IMG/VR virus record: IMGVR_UViG_3300044491_001212 | Coordinates: 1 to 60,921 of that record | Source of the DNA: a virus | Taxonomy: Duplodnaviria; Caudoviricetes | Direction: 5' to 3' (one strand) | Length of the DNA: 60,921 nucleotides | Part shown: positions 9,837 to 18,819 of the stretch, piece after piece | Layout of the letters: each line of letters opens with the position of its first letter | Position numbering within the stretch: the stretch's first letter is position 1 | Program-made: the position numbers and the translations under genes | Notes under the pieces: generated by a model | The model's input: only the letters and a program-made list of their open reading frames with translations | Told to the model about the DNA's origin: nothing | Databases searched by the model: none

Positions 9837-10099
9837 ATCTTCCAGATATTATTAGAAAGAATTCTTTTGATTGTTTCAAAAGTTTGAATGCTGCTGAGAG
9901 AGCAGTTGTTATGTTTGGTGATGAAGCATACCGAGAGTCACTAGATCTTGAGAATGATGATGCTCCCTGTTGGGTTATGCAATCTGGTGAGACTTATGGG
10001 TTTGTTGGTTGGAATACACAGTGTGTTCCGACAATTGATTACATAGTATGGAAACTAGAACGTCGTGAGAAAATTGCGAAAGGAGAAATTCATGAGTAA
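9833..10099 (+). CDS. hypothetical protein inside the split gp43 locus
   Basis: GTGA overlap with the gp43A stop codon; 88 aa ORF. Confidence 0.65.
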   Translation: MNLPDIIRKNSFDCFKSLNAAERAVVMFGDEAYRESLDLENDDAPCWVMQSGETYGFVGWNTQCVPTIDYIVWKLERREKIAKGEIHE

Positions 10100-10304
10100 C
10101 AAACTCAATATCACCCCACAAACATACATCGATATGAACAAGGAGTTTGTGGAGGAAGGAATTCCTTTTGAGGTTGTCATTCCAACTCAAGAGAAAATTG
10201 ATGAGTGGTTGGAACAACCATCAGTTCATCACGATCCACCACCTCAAATAGATATGGTACAAGAAATGTGGGACAAAATTGGAGGTAGACCTAATGAAGT
10301 TTAA
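10092..10304 (+). CDS. hypothetical protein inside the split gp43 locus
   Basis: SD AGGAG at 10081, ATG at 10092. Confidence 0.6.
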   Translation: MSNKLNITPQTYIDMNKEFVEEGIPFEVVIPTQEKIDEWLEQPSVHHDPPPQIDMVQEMWDKIGGRPNEV

Positions 10305-10575
10305 AGCACTAGTATTCATCCGTCTAAGGTCACAGGTTGATGACTCTCCTGGTAATGCTGTGAGAGATTGTTGTGGTAGAATGTCTGAGTTGGACATTAA
10401 AAAACTTAGACTTGGTAAGGTGATTGATATTTGGTTGGAAGCAGATACTAGAGAGTATGCTGAGAAGGAACTTGAAATGTTATCTGATAGATTCCTTGCC
10501 AATACAGTCATGGAAGACTGGGATTATGAATTGACTGAGATTGAAAGTTTCCCCAAAGGTATTGAGAATGAGTAA
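10294..10575 (+). CDS. purS: phosphoribosylformylglycinamidine synthase subunit PurS
   Basis: VFIRLRSQVDDSPGNAV...LRLGKVIDI...LANTVMEDW matches PurS; SD GGAGGT. Confidence 0.85.
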   Translation: MKFKALVFIRLRSQVDDSPGNAVRDCCGRMSELDIKKLRLGKVIDIWLEADTREYAEKELEMLSDRFLANTVMEDWDYELTEIESFPKGIENE

Positions 10576-10729
10576 CAGAGACAAGAAGTATGGTGGTCTT
10601 GTTCGTTATGATCACCATGATAAAATCATCTATCTTCAGAGGAATATGAATCCTCCCACAGCACACGCTCGATTTGTCAAAAAACTCCAGGAAGAGTATC
10701 CTGGTTATAAGGTAGTGAGTAAGAAGTAA
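10568..10729 (+). CDS. small basic hypothetical protein
   Basis: Overlaps purS; its TAA overlaps the gp43B ATG (TAATG). Confidence 0.55.
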   Translation: MSNRDKKYGGLVRYDHHDKIIYLQRNMNPPTAHARFVKKLQEEYPGYKVVSKK

Positions 10730-11889
10730 TGGGGTACCTTATTGGTGGAGCCGGAGATGGCGCAGAAGAAGAGATCGTACAATCTGGTAAAGACTACTCC
10801 AAACTGTCTGATAGAGAACTATTGAGTCTCAGAGATCAGACAGTAAAAGATGTTGCCAAGTTCAACAACTTCCAGATGGTTCGTAAGATCTGTTTGAACT
10901 CAGCATATGGTGCCGTTGGTAACCAATACTTTAGATACTTCAAACTTGCTAACGCAGAAGCTATTACTCTTTCCGGTCAAACATCTATCAGGTGGATTGA
11001 AGATCGGTTGAACAAGTATTTGAATGACCTTCTAAAGACCGACAATGATTATGTTATTGCGGTTGATACTGATTCTGTATATCTCAACCTTGGTCCTCTT
11101 GTTGATAAGTTTCTAGCAAAACAAAAGGGTGATAAAGAGAAGGTAGTAAACCTTCTGGATAAGGTATGTCAAGAACAACTAGAACCTTATATTGATAAGT
11201 GTTATGTGAAACTGGCTGACTATGTGAATGCATATGATCAGAAGATGCAGATGAAGAGAGAGAACATCGCTGATCGTGGTATCTGGACGGCCAAGAAGAG
11301 ATACATCCTCAATGTGTGGGATAGTGAGGGTGTTCGTTATGAAGAACCCAAACTCAAGATCATGGGTATTGAGGCTGTCAAATCATCCACACCTGCACCC
11401 TGTAGGAAGATGATTAAGGATGGTCTTCGAGTGATGATGGAAGGGACTGAAGATGAGATGATTAAGTTCATTGATCAGGCTAGGATCAAGTTCAACAAAC
11501 TATCAGTAGAAGAGTTAGCATTTCCCCGTTCTATTTCTGATGTAAATAAACATAAGAGTCACATAACCATCTATGGAAAGGGTTGCCCTATTCATGTGAG
11601 AGGTTCACTACTTCATAATCACTACATCAAAGAGAGAGGTTTGGATAACAAGTATTCTCTTATCAATAATGGTGATAAGATTAAGTTTGTTTATCTAAAG
11701 AAAGCCAATCCTATTCGTGAGAATGTGATTTCATTCTTGAATGATTTCCCCCATGAGTTGGGACTTGATAAGTATATTGATTATGAGTTACAATTTAACA
11801 AAGCCTTCCTTGAACCTGTAAAGGTTATTCTTGATTCCATTGGATGGAATGTTGAAAAAGTTGCAAACCTAGAGTTATTTTTTAGTTAA
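10729..11889 (+). CDS. gp43: family B DNA polymerase, C-terminal part (gp43B: second fingers helix, palm, thumb)
   Basis: Motif B KICLNSAYGAVGN, motif C AVDTDSVY, KKRY, KIMGIEAVKSSTP; C-terminal clamp-binding LELFF. Confidence 0.95.
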   Translation: MGYLIGGAGDGAEEEIVQSGKDYSKLSDRELLSLRDQTVKDVAKFNNFQMVRKICLNSAYGAVGNQYFRYFKLANAEAITLSGQTSIRWIEDRLNKYLNDLLKTDNDYVIAVDTDSVYLNLGPLVDKFLAKQKGDKEKVVNLLDKVCQEQLEPYIDKCYVKLADYVNAYDQKMQMKRENIADRGIWTAKKRYILNVWDSEGVRYEEPKLKIMGIEAVKSSTPAPCRKMIKDGLRVMMEGTEDEMIKFIDQARIKFNKLSVEELAFPRSISDVNKHKSHITIYGKGCPIHVRGSLLHNHYIKERGLDNKYSLINNGDKIKFVYLKKANPIRENVISFLNDFPHELGLDKYIDYELQFNKAFLEPVKVILDSIGWNVEKVANLELFFS

Positions 11890-12899
11890 TGGATTTCCTT
11901 AAAGAGATTGTAAAAGAGATTGGAGATGAGTACACCCAACTGGCAGCCGACATCGACGAAACAGAAACTTACGTGGACACAGGTTCGTACATCTTTAACG
12001 GACTTTGTTCAGGTAGTATATTTGGTGGCGTATCTGGGAATAAGATTACTGCCATTGCTGGGGAGTCTTCTACTGGAAAAACTTTCTTCAGCCTGGCAGT
12101 CGTCAAAAACTTCCTTGATTCTAACCCTGGTGGTTATTGTCTATATTTTGACACTGAAGCCGCTGTTAACAAGTCTCTTCTCACAAGTAGGGGGATTGAC
12201 TTAGATCGTTTCGTTGTAGTGAATGTAGTCACTGTTGAACAGTTCAGACAGAAGGCACTACAGGCTGTTGATATCTACCTCAAAACACCAGAGGAAGATA
12301 GGAAACCCTGTATGTTTGTGTTAGACTCTCTGGGTATGTTATCTACAGAGAAAGAGATTCGTGATGCTCTTGATGATAAACAGGTTCGGGACATGACCAA
12401 ATCACAGTTGGTCAAAGGAGCCTTCAGAATGTTAACCCTGAAGTTGGGACAGGCTAAAATCCCAATGATTGTTACTAACCACACTTACGATGTTATCGGA
12501 TCTTATGTCCCGACTAAAGAGATGGGAGGAGGCAGTGGCCTCAAGTATGCCGCCTCTACGATCATTTATCTCACAAAGAAAAAAGAAAAGGATGGAACGG
12601 CTATTGTCGGAAACCTTATCAAAGCTAAAACAGCAAAGTCAAGACTTAGTAAAGAAAATAAAGACGTAACAGTTCGTCTCTATTATGATGAGAGAGGTCT
12701 TGACAAATACTATGGTCTCCTTGAGTTGGGAGAAGTTGGTGGTATGTGGAAGAACGTAGCAGGCCGTTATGAGATGGATGGTAAGAAGGTATACGCAAAA
12801 GAGATATTGAAGAACCCAGACAAGTACTTTACGCAGGAAGTTTTAGAACAGTTAGATGAAATCGCGAAAGAACAATTCTCCTATGGTTCAAGTATTTGA
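11889..12899 (+). CDS. uvsX: RecA-like recombinase UvsX
   Basis: AGESSTGKTF, YFDTE, VLDSLGML, NHTY, GGGSGLKYAAS. Confidence 0.95.
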   Translation: MDFLKEIVKEIGDEYTQLAADIDETETYVDTGSYIFNGLCSGSIFGGVSGNKITAIAGESSTGKTFFSLAVVKNFLDSNPGGYCLYFDTEAAVNKSLLTSRGIDLDRFVVVNVVTVEQFRQKALQAVDIYLKTPEEDRKPCMFVLDSLGMLSTEKEIRDALDDKQVRDMTKSQLVKGAFRMLTLKLGQAKIPMIVTNHTYDVIGSYVPTKEMGGGSGLKYAASTIIYLTKKKEKDGTAIVGNLIKAKTAKSRLSKENKDVTVRLYYDERGLDKYYGLLELGEVGGMWKNVAGRYEMDGKKVYAKEILKNPDKYFTQEVLEQLDEIAKEQFSYGSSI

Positions 12900-13401
12900 A
12901 CATATTCTTCCTGAGGACTTGTGTCACAATCTCATAGATCTATTTGAAGACTCTGAGAAGAATCACGAATACTTTAATGAAGATTATAAACCCTGTTTCA
13001 CACAACTGAACATCAATCAACATAATCCAGAACTAGTGAAGATTCTGGTTGGGTATGTTCAGAAAGCATATGGGATGTATTCAGTTGAAGTGCAGAAAAA
13101 ACATCTACCAAGATTGAGATCTCTTGAAGAGTTTAGACTCAAGAGATATCTTTCTGGTGGAGAACAGAGGTTTGATGAACATGTAGATGTTGTTGATCAT
13201 CCCTCTGCAAAAAGATGTATTGCATTCTTGTTCTACCTGAACGATAGTGATGGAGAAACATATTTTCCTGAACACGACGTGACAATCCATCCAAAGTGTG
13301 GTAGAGTATTAGTGTTCCCTCCAACATGGGAGTACCCACATGCTGGGTTACCACCCACAAATACAAAGTATATTTTGAGTACATACATTCATTATGAATA
13401 A
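12883..13401 (+). CDS. 2OG-Fe(II) oxygenase (prolyl-4-hydroxylase-like)
   Basis: FDEHVD...FLFYLND..GET.F...VLVFPPTWEYPHAG...KYILSTY. Confidence 0.88.
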   Translation: MVQVFEHILPEDLCHNLIDLFEDSEKNHEYFNEDYKPCFTQLNINQHNPELVKILVGYVQKAYGMYSVEVQKKHLPRLRSLEEFRLKRYLSGGEQRFDEHVDVVDHPSAKRCIAFLFYLNDSDGETYFPEHDVTIHPKCGRVLVFPPTWEYPHAGLPPTNTKYILSTYIHYE

Positions 13402-14767
13402 GGTTGAGTTTCTAATCCTGAGAAGTCTTCTTCACAACGAAGAATACCTGCGTAAGGCTCTACCCTTCCTTAAAGGTGAATACTTTGAGGATGAGGATCA
13501 GAAGGTTGTATATCAGGAGATTCTTAACTTTACATCTGAGTATAATGATCTTCCTACAAAGGAGGTTCTTTCTATTGAGGTTGAGAAACGAAAAGATATC
13601 AATGAGGATCAGTTTAAAAAGATTGCCCATCTGATTTCACATTTAGATGATGAACCAGCAGAGTTTGAATGGTTACTAAACACTACTGAGAAGTGGTGTC
13701 GTGAACGTGCCATCTATCTGGCATTGATTGAGTCTATTGGTATTGCAGATGGTCAGAGTAAGGATAAGACACCTGACTCGATTCCTTCTATTCTCTCTGA
13801 TGCATTAGCTGTTAGTTTTGATAATCATGTAGGACACGATTACCTGGAGGATTACCTTGAACGATATGAAGCCTACAATAGAAAGGAAAACAGAATACCA
13901 TTTGACCTTGAATACTTTAACAAGATCACAAAAGGTGGTCTTCCTAACAAAACTCTTAATATCGCTCTGGCAGGAACTGGTGTTGGTAAGTCTCTCTTTA
14001 TGTGCCACATGGCTTCAGGAGTTCTTCTACAAGGTAAGAACGTTCTCTATATCACAATGGAGATGGCTGAAGAGAAAATTGCAGAGAGGATCGACGCCAA
14101 CCTGCTCAATATCAACATTCAGGACGTTGCTGATATGCCCAAACAATTGTTCGAAACCAAAGTAAATAACCTAGCAAAGAAGACTCAGGGAACCCTGATT
14201 ATCAAAGAATACCCCACAGCATCGGCACATAGTGGACACTTTACATCACTTCTTAACGAGCTTGCACTTAAGAAATCATTTAAGCCTGATATTATTTTCA
14301 TTGATTACCTTAATATATGTGCTTCCAGCAGGTATCGCGGAGGCAGCAATGTCAATTCATATACGGTTATTAAGTCTATTGCTGAGGAGCTTAGAGGACT
14401 GGCTGTTGAAGCAAACGTCCCTATCGTTTCTGCCACGCAGACCACTCGTTCTGGTTATGGTAGCTCTGATGTTGAGCTTACTGATACTAGTGAATCCTTT
14501 GGTCTCCCTGCTACTGCTGATCTTATGTTTGCCCTTATTTCAACTGATGAGCTTGAGGGGCTCGGACAGATACTGGTGAAACAACTCAAGAACAGATACA
14601 ATGACGCTAATGTGTATAAGAGATTTGTGATTGGTATTGACAGATCCAAGATGAGGTTGTATGATTGTGAACAATCAGCTCAGGATGATCTCCTTGAAAG
14701 TAAGACTGATGAGGAGTATAATTATGAGGAGAAACCTAAGAAATCATTTGATGGATTTAAATTCTAA
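13394..14767 (+). CDS. gp41: replicative DNA helicase (T4 gp41)
   Basis: LAGTGVGKSL, YITMEMAEE, IKEYPT, IDYLNIC, SATQTTR, KQLKNRY. Confidence 0.96.
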   Translation: MNKVEFLILRSLLHNEEYLRKALPFLKGEYFEDEDQKVVYQEILNFTSEYNDLPTKEVLSIEVEKRKDINEDQFKKIAHLISHLDDEPAEFEWLLNTTEKWCRERAIYLALIESIGIADGQSKDKTPDSIPSILSDALAVSFDNHVGHDYLEDYLERYEAYNRKENRIPFDLEYFNKITKGGLPNKTLNIALAGTGVGKSLFMCHMASGVLLQGKNVLYITMEMAEEKIAERIDANLLNINIQDVADMPKQLFETKVNNLAKKTQGTLIIKEYPTASAHSGHFTSLLNELALKKSFKPDIIFIDYLNICASSRYRGGSNVNSYTVIKSIAEELRGLAVEANVPIVSATQTTRSGYGSSDVELTDTSESFGLPATADLMFALISTDELEGLGQILVKQLKNRYNDANVYKRFVIGIDRSKMRLYDCEQSAQDDLLESKTDEEYNYEEKPKKSFDGFKF

Positions 14768-15057
14768 TGGGACTAACTACTAAGAAATTACAAACACAAC
14801 TTGTGGCTCAGGATGCCCCACATTTGTGGGAGGTGAAGATCCCTAATCATCCTAATTGTATTTCACAGATGCACTGTGGTAATATCAAAGATGCTGAAAG
14901 GATTCTGGAAACCTATCCAGGTTCAACTATTACAAAGATCTATCTGCCACATCCACCAACAACAGTGGATGTTCCTCATACTATTATGGATCCTGATTTG
15001 GAACTCCCTGAACAAAAGATCCTACCTCAATCTGAACTAGAAACTTTAGAATTATGA
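14767..15057 (+). CDS. hypothetical protein
   Basis: TAATG-coupled 96 aa ORF. Confidence 0.6.
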   Translation: MGLTTKKLQTQLVAQDAPHLWEVKIPNHPNCISQMHCGNIKDAERILETYPGSTITKIYLPHPPTTVDVPHTIMDPDLELPEQKILPQSELETLEL

Positions 15058-15458
15058 CTGTAAACACTGAACGATACAACGAATTTGTAGATGGCGTTAC
15101 CTCACAACCGAGTAAAGATCACCAAGCTTTTATCTATCGTCTCCAAGAGCTTGAGGGGCAGGGATTTCATTCCGAGCGACTGCTTACTGCTGCTGTAGGA
15201 TTATGTGCAGAGTCTGGTGAGTTTACTGAGATTGTCAAGAAGATTGTATTTCAAGGTAAGCCTGTGAATGAAGAGAACCTCTTCCACTTGAAGAGGGAGT
15301 TAAGTGACGTGTGTTGGTATCTGGCTAACGCTTGTATCGCTCTTGATACAACTATCGATGAAGTTATTGAAATGAATGTAGAGAAACTTGAGAAACGATA
15401 CCCTGGTGGATCGTTTGATGTTCACTACTCTGAAAACCGTAAACAAGGAGATGTATGA
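15054..15458 (+). CDS. mazG: MazG-like nucleoside triphosphate pyrophosphohydrolase
   Basis: GLCAESGEFTEIVKK...ELSDVCWY...NVEKLEKRYP. Confidence 0.92.
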   Translation: MTVNTERYNEFVDGVTSQPSKDHQAFIYRLQELEGQGFHSERLLTAAVGLCAESGEFTEIVKKIVFQGKPVNEENLFHLKRELSDVCWYLANACIALDTTIDEVIEMNVEKLEKRYPGGSFDVHYSENRKQGDV

Positions 15459-15673
15459 TTAAGATTGAACTAGACGTGAGAGCAGCTGCAGCAGTTCGTG
15501 AATCTCTATTCCGTGATACGAAAGAGTATACATATGATCCAACCTGTTGTCCTCAACGAGTTGCTGATATCCGTAAAGCAATTGTAGATTTGGATACACA
15601 AATCGAAGCAGAGATCCAAAAAGTAATTGAAGCACAAACTAAGGAGACATCTAATGAAACTACTGACTCTTGA
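15455..15673 (+). CDS. hypothetical protein
   Basis: ATGA overlap with mazG; SD AGGAG. Confidence 0.65.
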   Translation: MIKIELDVRAAAAVRESLFRDTKEYTYDPTCCPQRVADIRKAIVDLDTQIEAEIQKVIEAQTKETSNETTDS

Positions 15674-15869
15674 AGATTATGAGAAGGCTGGTGAACATTT
15701 CTGGTCAAAGTATTGGTATGTTGCCAAAGAACTTGGTGAAGGTGCTAAGACAGAAGACATCCTCAGAGTTATGGAAACACTTGGTGGTGTAGCCCTACAA
15801 TTCAAAAACGAGGAAGATAAAGAAGGCCCCTTTGGATTTAACAAAAAGAAAGATGACAAGGAAGAATGA
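15654..15869 (+). CDS. conserved cyanophage hypothetical protein
   Basis: SD AAGGAG; MKLLTLEDYEKAGEHFWSKYWYVAKELG. Confidence 0.7.
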   Translation: MKLLTLEDYEKAGEHFWSKYWYVAKELGEGAKTEDILRVMETLGGVALQFKNEEDKEGPFGFNKKKDDKEE

Positions 15870-16086
15870 AACTCTAGTTGATGATACATTCTATGTCTGG
15901 GAGACCAGATTTGGACTATGGTCAACACAAACTATTGATGGGTATCAACATAACCTAGGACTGACAGGATTGACTAGAGACGCCGTCGTAGAGATGACAC
16001 GTTGGCATCTCCAACATCTCCAAGAAGGTGATTTAGATCAATATACAAAAGTGATAGGTAGTTCTGTAGTAGATGGTAAGTTGTGA
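15853..16086 (+). CDS. conserved cyanophage hypothetical protein
   Basis: DDTFYVWETRFGLW...TRWHL...VVDGKL. Confidence 0.65.
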   Translation: MTRKNETLVDDTFYVWETRFGLWSTQTIDGYQHNLGLTGLTRDAVVEMTRWHLQHLQEGDLDQYTKVIGSSVVDGKL

Positions 16087-16292
16087 TTGATCAGTTCTTA
16101 ATACTGTTGTCAATGTTTATCATGTTGTTTAACATCTGTAATCAAAGTGATTTCAATAGACAACAGTGTCTGAAGGACTGGGATGTATGGTTGATCCCTG
16201 AACTTCAAAAGGGATGGGATTTATATACTGGAGAAAAAACACCATACCAAGAGGAGAAGGAGAAGTTAGATGAGAACAATTCAAAGAACTAA
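16083..16292 (+). CDS. small protein with hydrophobic N-terminus
   Basis: GTGA-coupled ORF. Confidence 0.55.
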   Translation: MIDQFLILLSMFIMLFNICNQSDFNRQQCLKDWDVWLIPELQKGWDLYTGEKTPYQEEKEKLDENNSKN

Positions 16293-16614
16293 ACTGGTCC
16301 TGATGAAGTTTTCCCAAGCTTGGGTGGCTTGTCTTATTGCTATGGGTGGTGGTGTGAGTATCTACCATATGACAGTTGCAGCAAAGACTGGTTTTGTAAG
16401 TAGTGTTGGTGTTCTGGTAACATCATACCTTCCTGATGCATACAGAACACCAAAAAGTAATGTTGTATTCACCTTCTTCACCACATTCTTTGGAGATATT
16501 CTTATAGTTCCAACACACTATGGTCCAGTATGGATGGAAGCAGTAGTAACTGGTTTGTTGGCATCATTGTTTTCTTTGATCTCCTTTGGTGTTAAGAAGT
16601 TTATAAATAACTAA
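16270..16614 (+). CDS. multi-pass membrane protein
   Basis: About four hydrophobic segments. Confidence 0.6.
   Translation: MRTIQRTKLVLMKFSQAWVACLIAMGGGVSIYHMTVAAKTGFVSSVGVLVTSYLPDAYRTPKSNVVFTFFTTFFGDILIVPTHYGPVWMEAVVTGLLASLFSLISFGVKKFINN
16602..16609 (+). promoter_or_regulatory. T4-type (gp55) late promoter
   Basis: TATAAATA just upstream of ATG 16637. Confidence 0.75.
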
Positions 16615-16636
16615 TAATAGATTCGTTGCTAGAACC

Positions 16637-18058
16637 ATGCAAGATATGAGAGATCTGTACAGAGCATATTCTGCTGTACATGATACTACTATTAAGGAAG
16701 AGCTCGATACCTCCAAAGATCAGATCTCTGCAATGAACTTTGGTCAGTTGACTGAAGGTGATTTGATTGAAGTTTGTGAAGAGATTGTAGAAGGTTTGTT
16801 CCAGTATGGTTGTGACCTGGATGTAGCATATGAAGTTGTTGGTTCTATGATGGAAGCAACAACAGAGGGAGAACTTCCCGCACACAGACAACAGAAGATC
16901 GTTCGTATCTCTGAAGCATTTGATAAGACATTTGAAAAGGTAGCTGAGAGAGCTGAGAGAAACTGTGAAGAAGAGTTCCTCAAGTATCGTACTAACAAAC
17001 CTCTGAATGAGAAGTGGAATAGTAGAGTTAATAATGAAGTTGGTAACGAGAAACTTCATGCAGCTTTGATTCATGAAGATAGGGAAACCATCAAAGGTGG
17101 TTTGATTGAGATGATCTCTGACGTTATTGAATCCAGAAAGCCAGGTGAAGAACCTCAGGATTATGCTGATAGAATGAAGAAGAAGTTTAGTGGTGGTAAG
17201 TCGAAGACTTATGATCCTATGAAGGACAAGAACTTTGATCATGATAAGGCTGAGAGAACTCGTGGTTCTATGAAAGAAGGAGATTCTTCTTATCTTGAGA
17301 CAGATATGAAGAAGAGAGAGAAGAATAACGAGAAGGCTCGTAAGGACATGGACAAGGTTCCTGGTCAAAAGAACCCTCACTTTGAAGAAGTATCTGCTCT
17401 GAGAAAGGGTTGGACTAACGCTTATGCTTCCATCTATGAGAAGAAAATGGATCCCGTAGGTCAGGAAGATGGTGACATCGATAATGACGGTGACAAGGAT
17501 TCTTCTGATGAGTATCTGAAGAAGAAACGTAAGGCCATTGGTAACGCTATGAAGAAGGAGGAAGTATACCTATATGTTGACTTCCTTATTTCTGAAGGGT
17601 ATGATTGTTCTGATCTTACTTGGGATGATATGAGTGAAGAGTATCAATCCTTGGATGAAGGTTTGCGTTCTGCAGTAATGGGTTTTCTGGGTAAAAAGAA
17701 AGAAGAACCAGCAAAACCCATGAGTAGGGGTGATCAACTTCGTAAGAAGTATAATGTTGGTCCAGAAAGGTCTGATACTTCTGCTAAGGCTCAAATTCTT
17801 AAGAAGACTCGTGCAAAAGCAGATAGTGATCAAAAAGAATTTGGTGGTTCACGTTATTCTAAAGGTGTTGCAGATAGATCAAAAGCAGCACATGAACGTC
17901 AATTGAAAGGTGGTTATAGTAAGTATGGTGCTGATGACGCGAGAGGGAAGGGAAACAAAGCTCGTAAACGTGCTGAAGCTTTGAAGAAAGAAGAAGTAAC
18001 TTTCTCTGAAACTGAACTCAAGGCGTTTGAACAGATTGTTAATTCCTGGGAAGATTGA
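16637..18058 (+). CDS. highly charged late protein, probable internal head protein
   Basis: Late promoter; K/E-rich; DPVGQEDGDIDNDGD..DEYL motif; repeated (L/M/V)xE(E) segments resembling prohead-protease sites. Confidence 0.6.
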   Translation: MQDMRDLYRAYSAVHDTTIKEELDTSKDQISAMNFGQLTEGDLIEVCEEIVEGLFQYGCDLDVAYEVVGSMMEATTEGELPAHRQQKIVRISEAFDKTFEKVAERAERNCEEEFLKYRTNKPLNEKWNSRVNNEVGNEKLHAALIHEDRETIKGGLIEMISDVIESRKPGEEPQDYADRMKKKFSGGKSKTYDPMKDKNFDHDKAERTRGSMKEGDSSYLETDMKKREKNNEKARKDMDKVPGQKNPHFEEVSALRKGWTNAYASIYEKKMDPVGQEDGDIDNDGDKDSSDEYLKKKRKAIGNAMKKEEVYLYVDFLISEGYDCSDLTWDDMSEEYQSLDEGLRSAVMGFLGKKKEEPAKPMSRGDQLRKKYNVGPERSDTSAKAQILKKTRAKADSDQKEFGGSRYSKGVADRSKAAHERQLKGGYSKYGADDARGKGNKARKRAEALKKEEVTFSETELKAFEQIVNSWED

Positions 18059-18066
18059 GGTAAGTT

Positions 18067-18819
18067 GTGAAAGAATTGGATAAGGCTTTTATTAAAAGAG
18101 CAACAAGAATAACTTCTTTCAACCTAACCTCTGGTGATTTTACCTCTCTCAAAAATAAGAAAGAAATACAAACACTATATCAACAGCATATGTTCCCATC
18201 CTTCTCACCAGAGATGGCTCTGGGAAATATTACTGTAAGTGGATATAATAAACTTGTATCTTTGTTGAAGAAGGATGATGCATCTCAGTATGAGAAGTTA
18301 CATAATCTTTCATTGAAAGGTGTTGGGCCCGGAGAGGCTGTGATGTATCTTCTTACCAAACAAGGCCATCTTGGTGGTGGCTCTAGTGCTGGAGTTGATC
18401 TTGTGAATGGATCATCTAAGTATGAAGTGAAGGCAGCTAAATGGAAGAGTAAATCTTCTAAGGATGCTGTATCTGATTTCAAACTTGGTGGCGGTTTGAG
18501 TGGAATGACTCAGATTGAAACTGATATTCAGAACCTAGCATATGAACTTGGATTGAAACCAAAAGGTGCTGCTGAGATCTCAGGTAAGATCTTTGCAGAA
18601 ATGAAACAGAAAGCTCCCGATAAATACAATAGCATTGAGAGTAGATACCAACAACTAGCTGGTAAATACTTCGGTAATCATGAAACTATCTTCCTACAAA
18701 CAGAAAGAAACCAACCAGATTTTGGTGAGATTCTTGGTATAAAGAAGGTAAAACCTTCTGATATTACCATGGAAAGATTTACTAGCAAATCTATTAAACC
18801 TATTGTAAAAATAAAATGA
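18067..18819 (+). CDS. putative PD-(D/E)XK restriction-endonuclease-like protein
   Basis: GPGE...GVDLVNGSSKYEVK catalytic-like pattern; GTG start with SD GAGG. Confidence 0.55.
   Translation: MKELDKAFIKRATRITSFNLTSGDFTSLKNKKEIQTLYQQHMFPSFSPEMALGNITVSGYNKLVSLLKKDDASQYEKLHNLSLKGVGPGEAVMYLLTKQGHLGGGSSAGVDLVNGSSKYEVKAAKWKSKSSKDAVSDFKLGGGLSGMTQIETDIQNLAYELGLKPKGAAEISGKIFAEMKQKAPDKYNSIESRYQQLAGKYFGNHETIFLQTERNQPDFGEILGIKKVKPSDITMERFTSKSIKPIVKIK

Noticed and set aside
9700-10900. Split intein or group I intron joining the gp43 halves
   Set aside because: There is no Cys/Ser-initiated intein N-block at the end of gp43A and no His-Asn-(C/S/T) in the gp43B leader. The gap is filled with ordinary overlapping ORFs, and no intron core is recognisable.
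16601-17380. 259-aa minus-strand ORF and the many other antisense or alternate-frame ORFs
   Set aside because: They are shadows of well-supported plus-strand genes and show no recognisable motifs.
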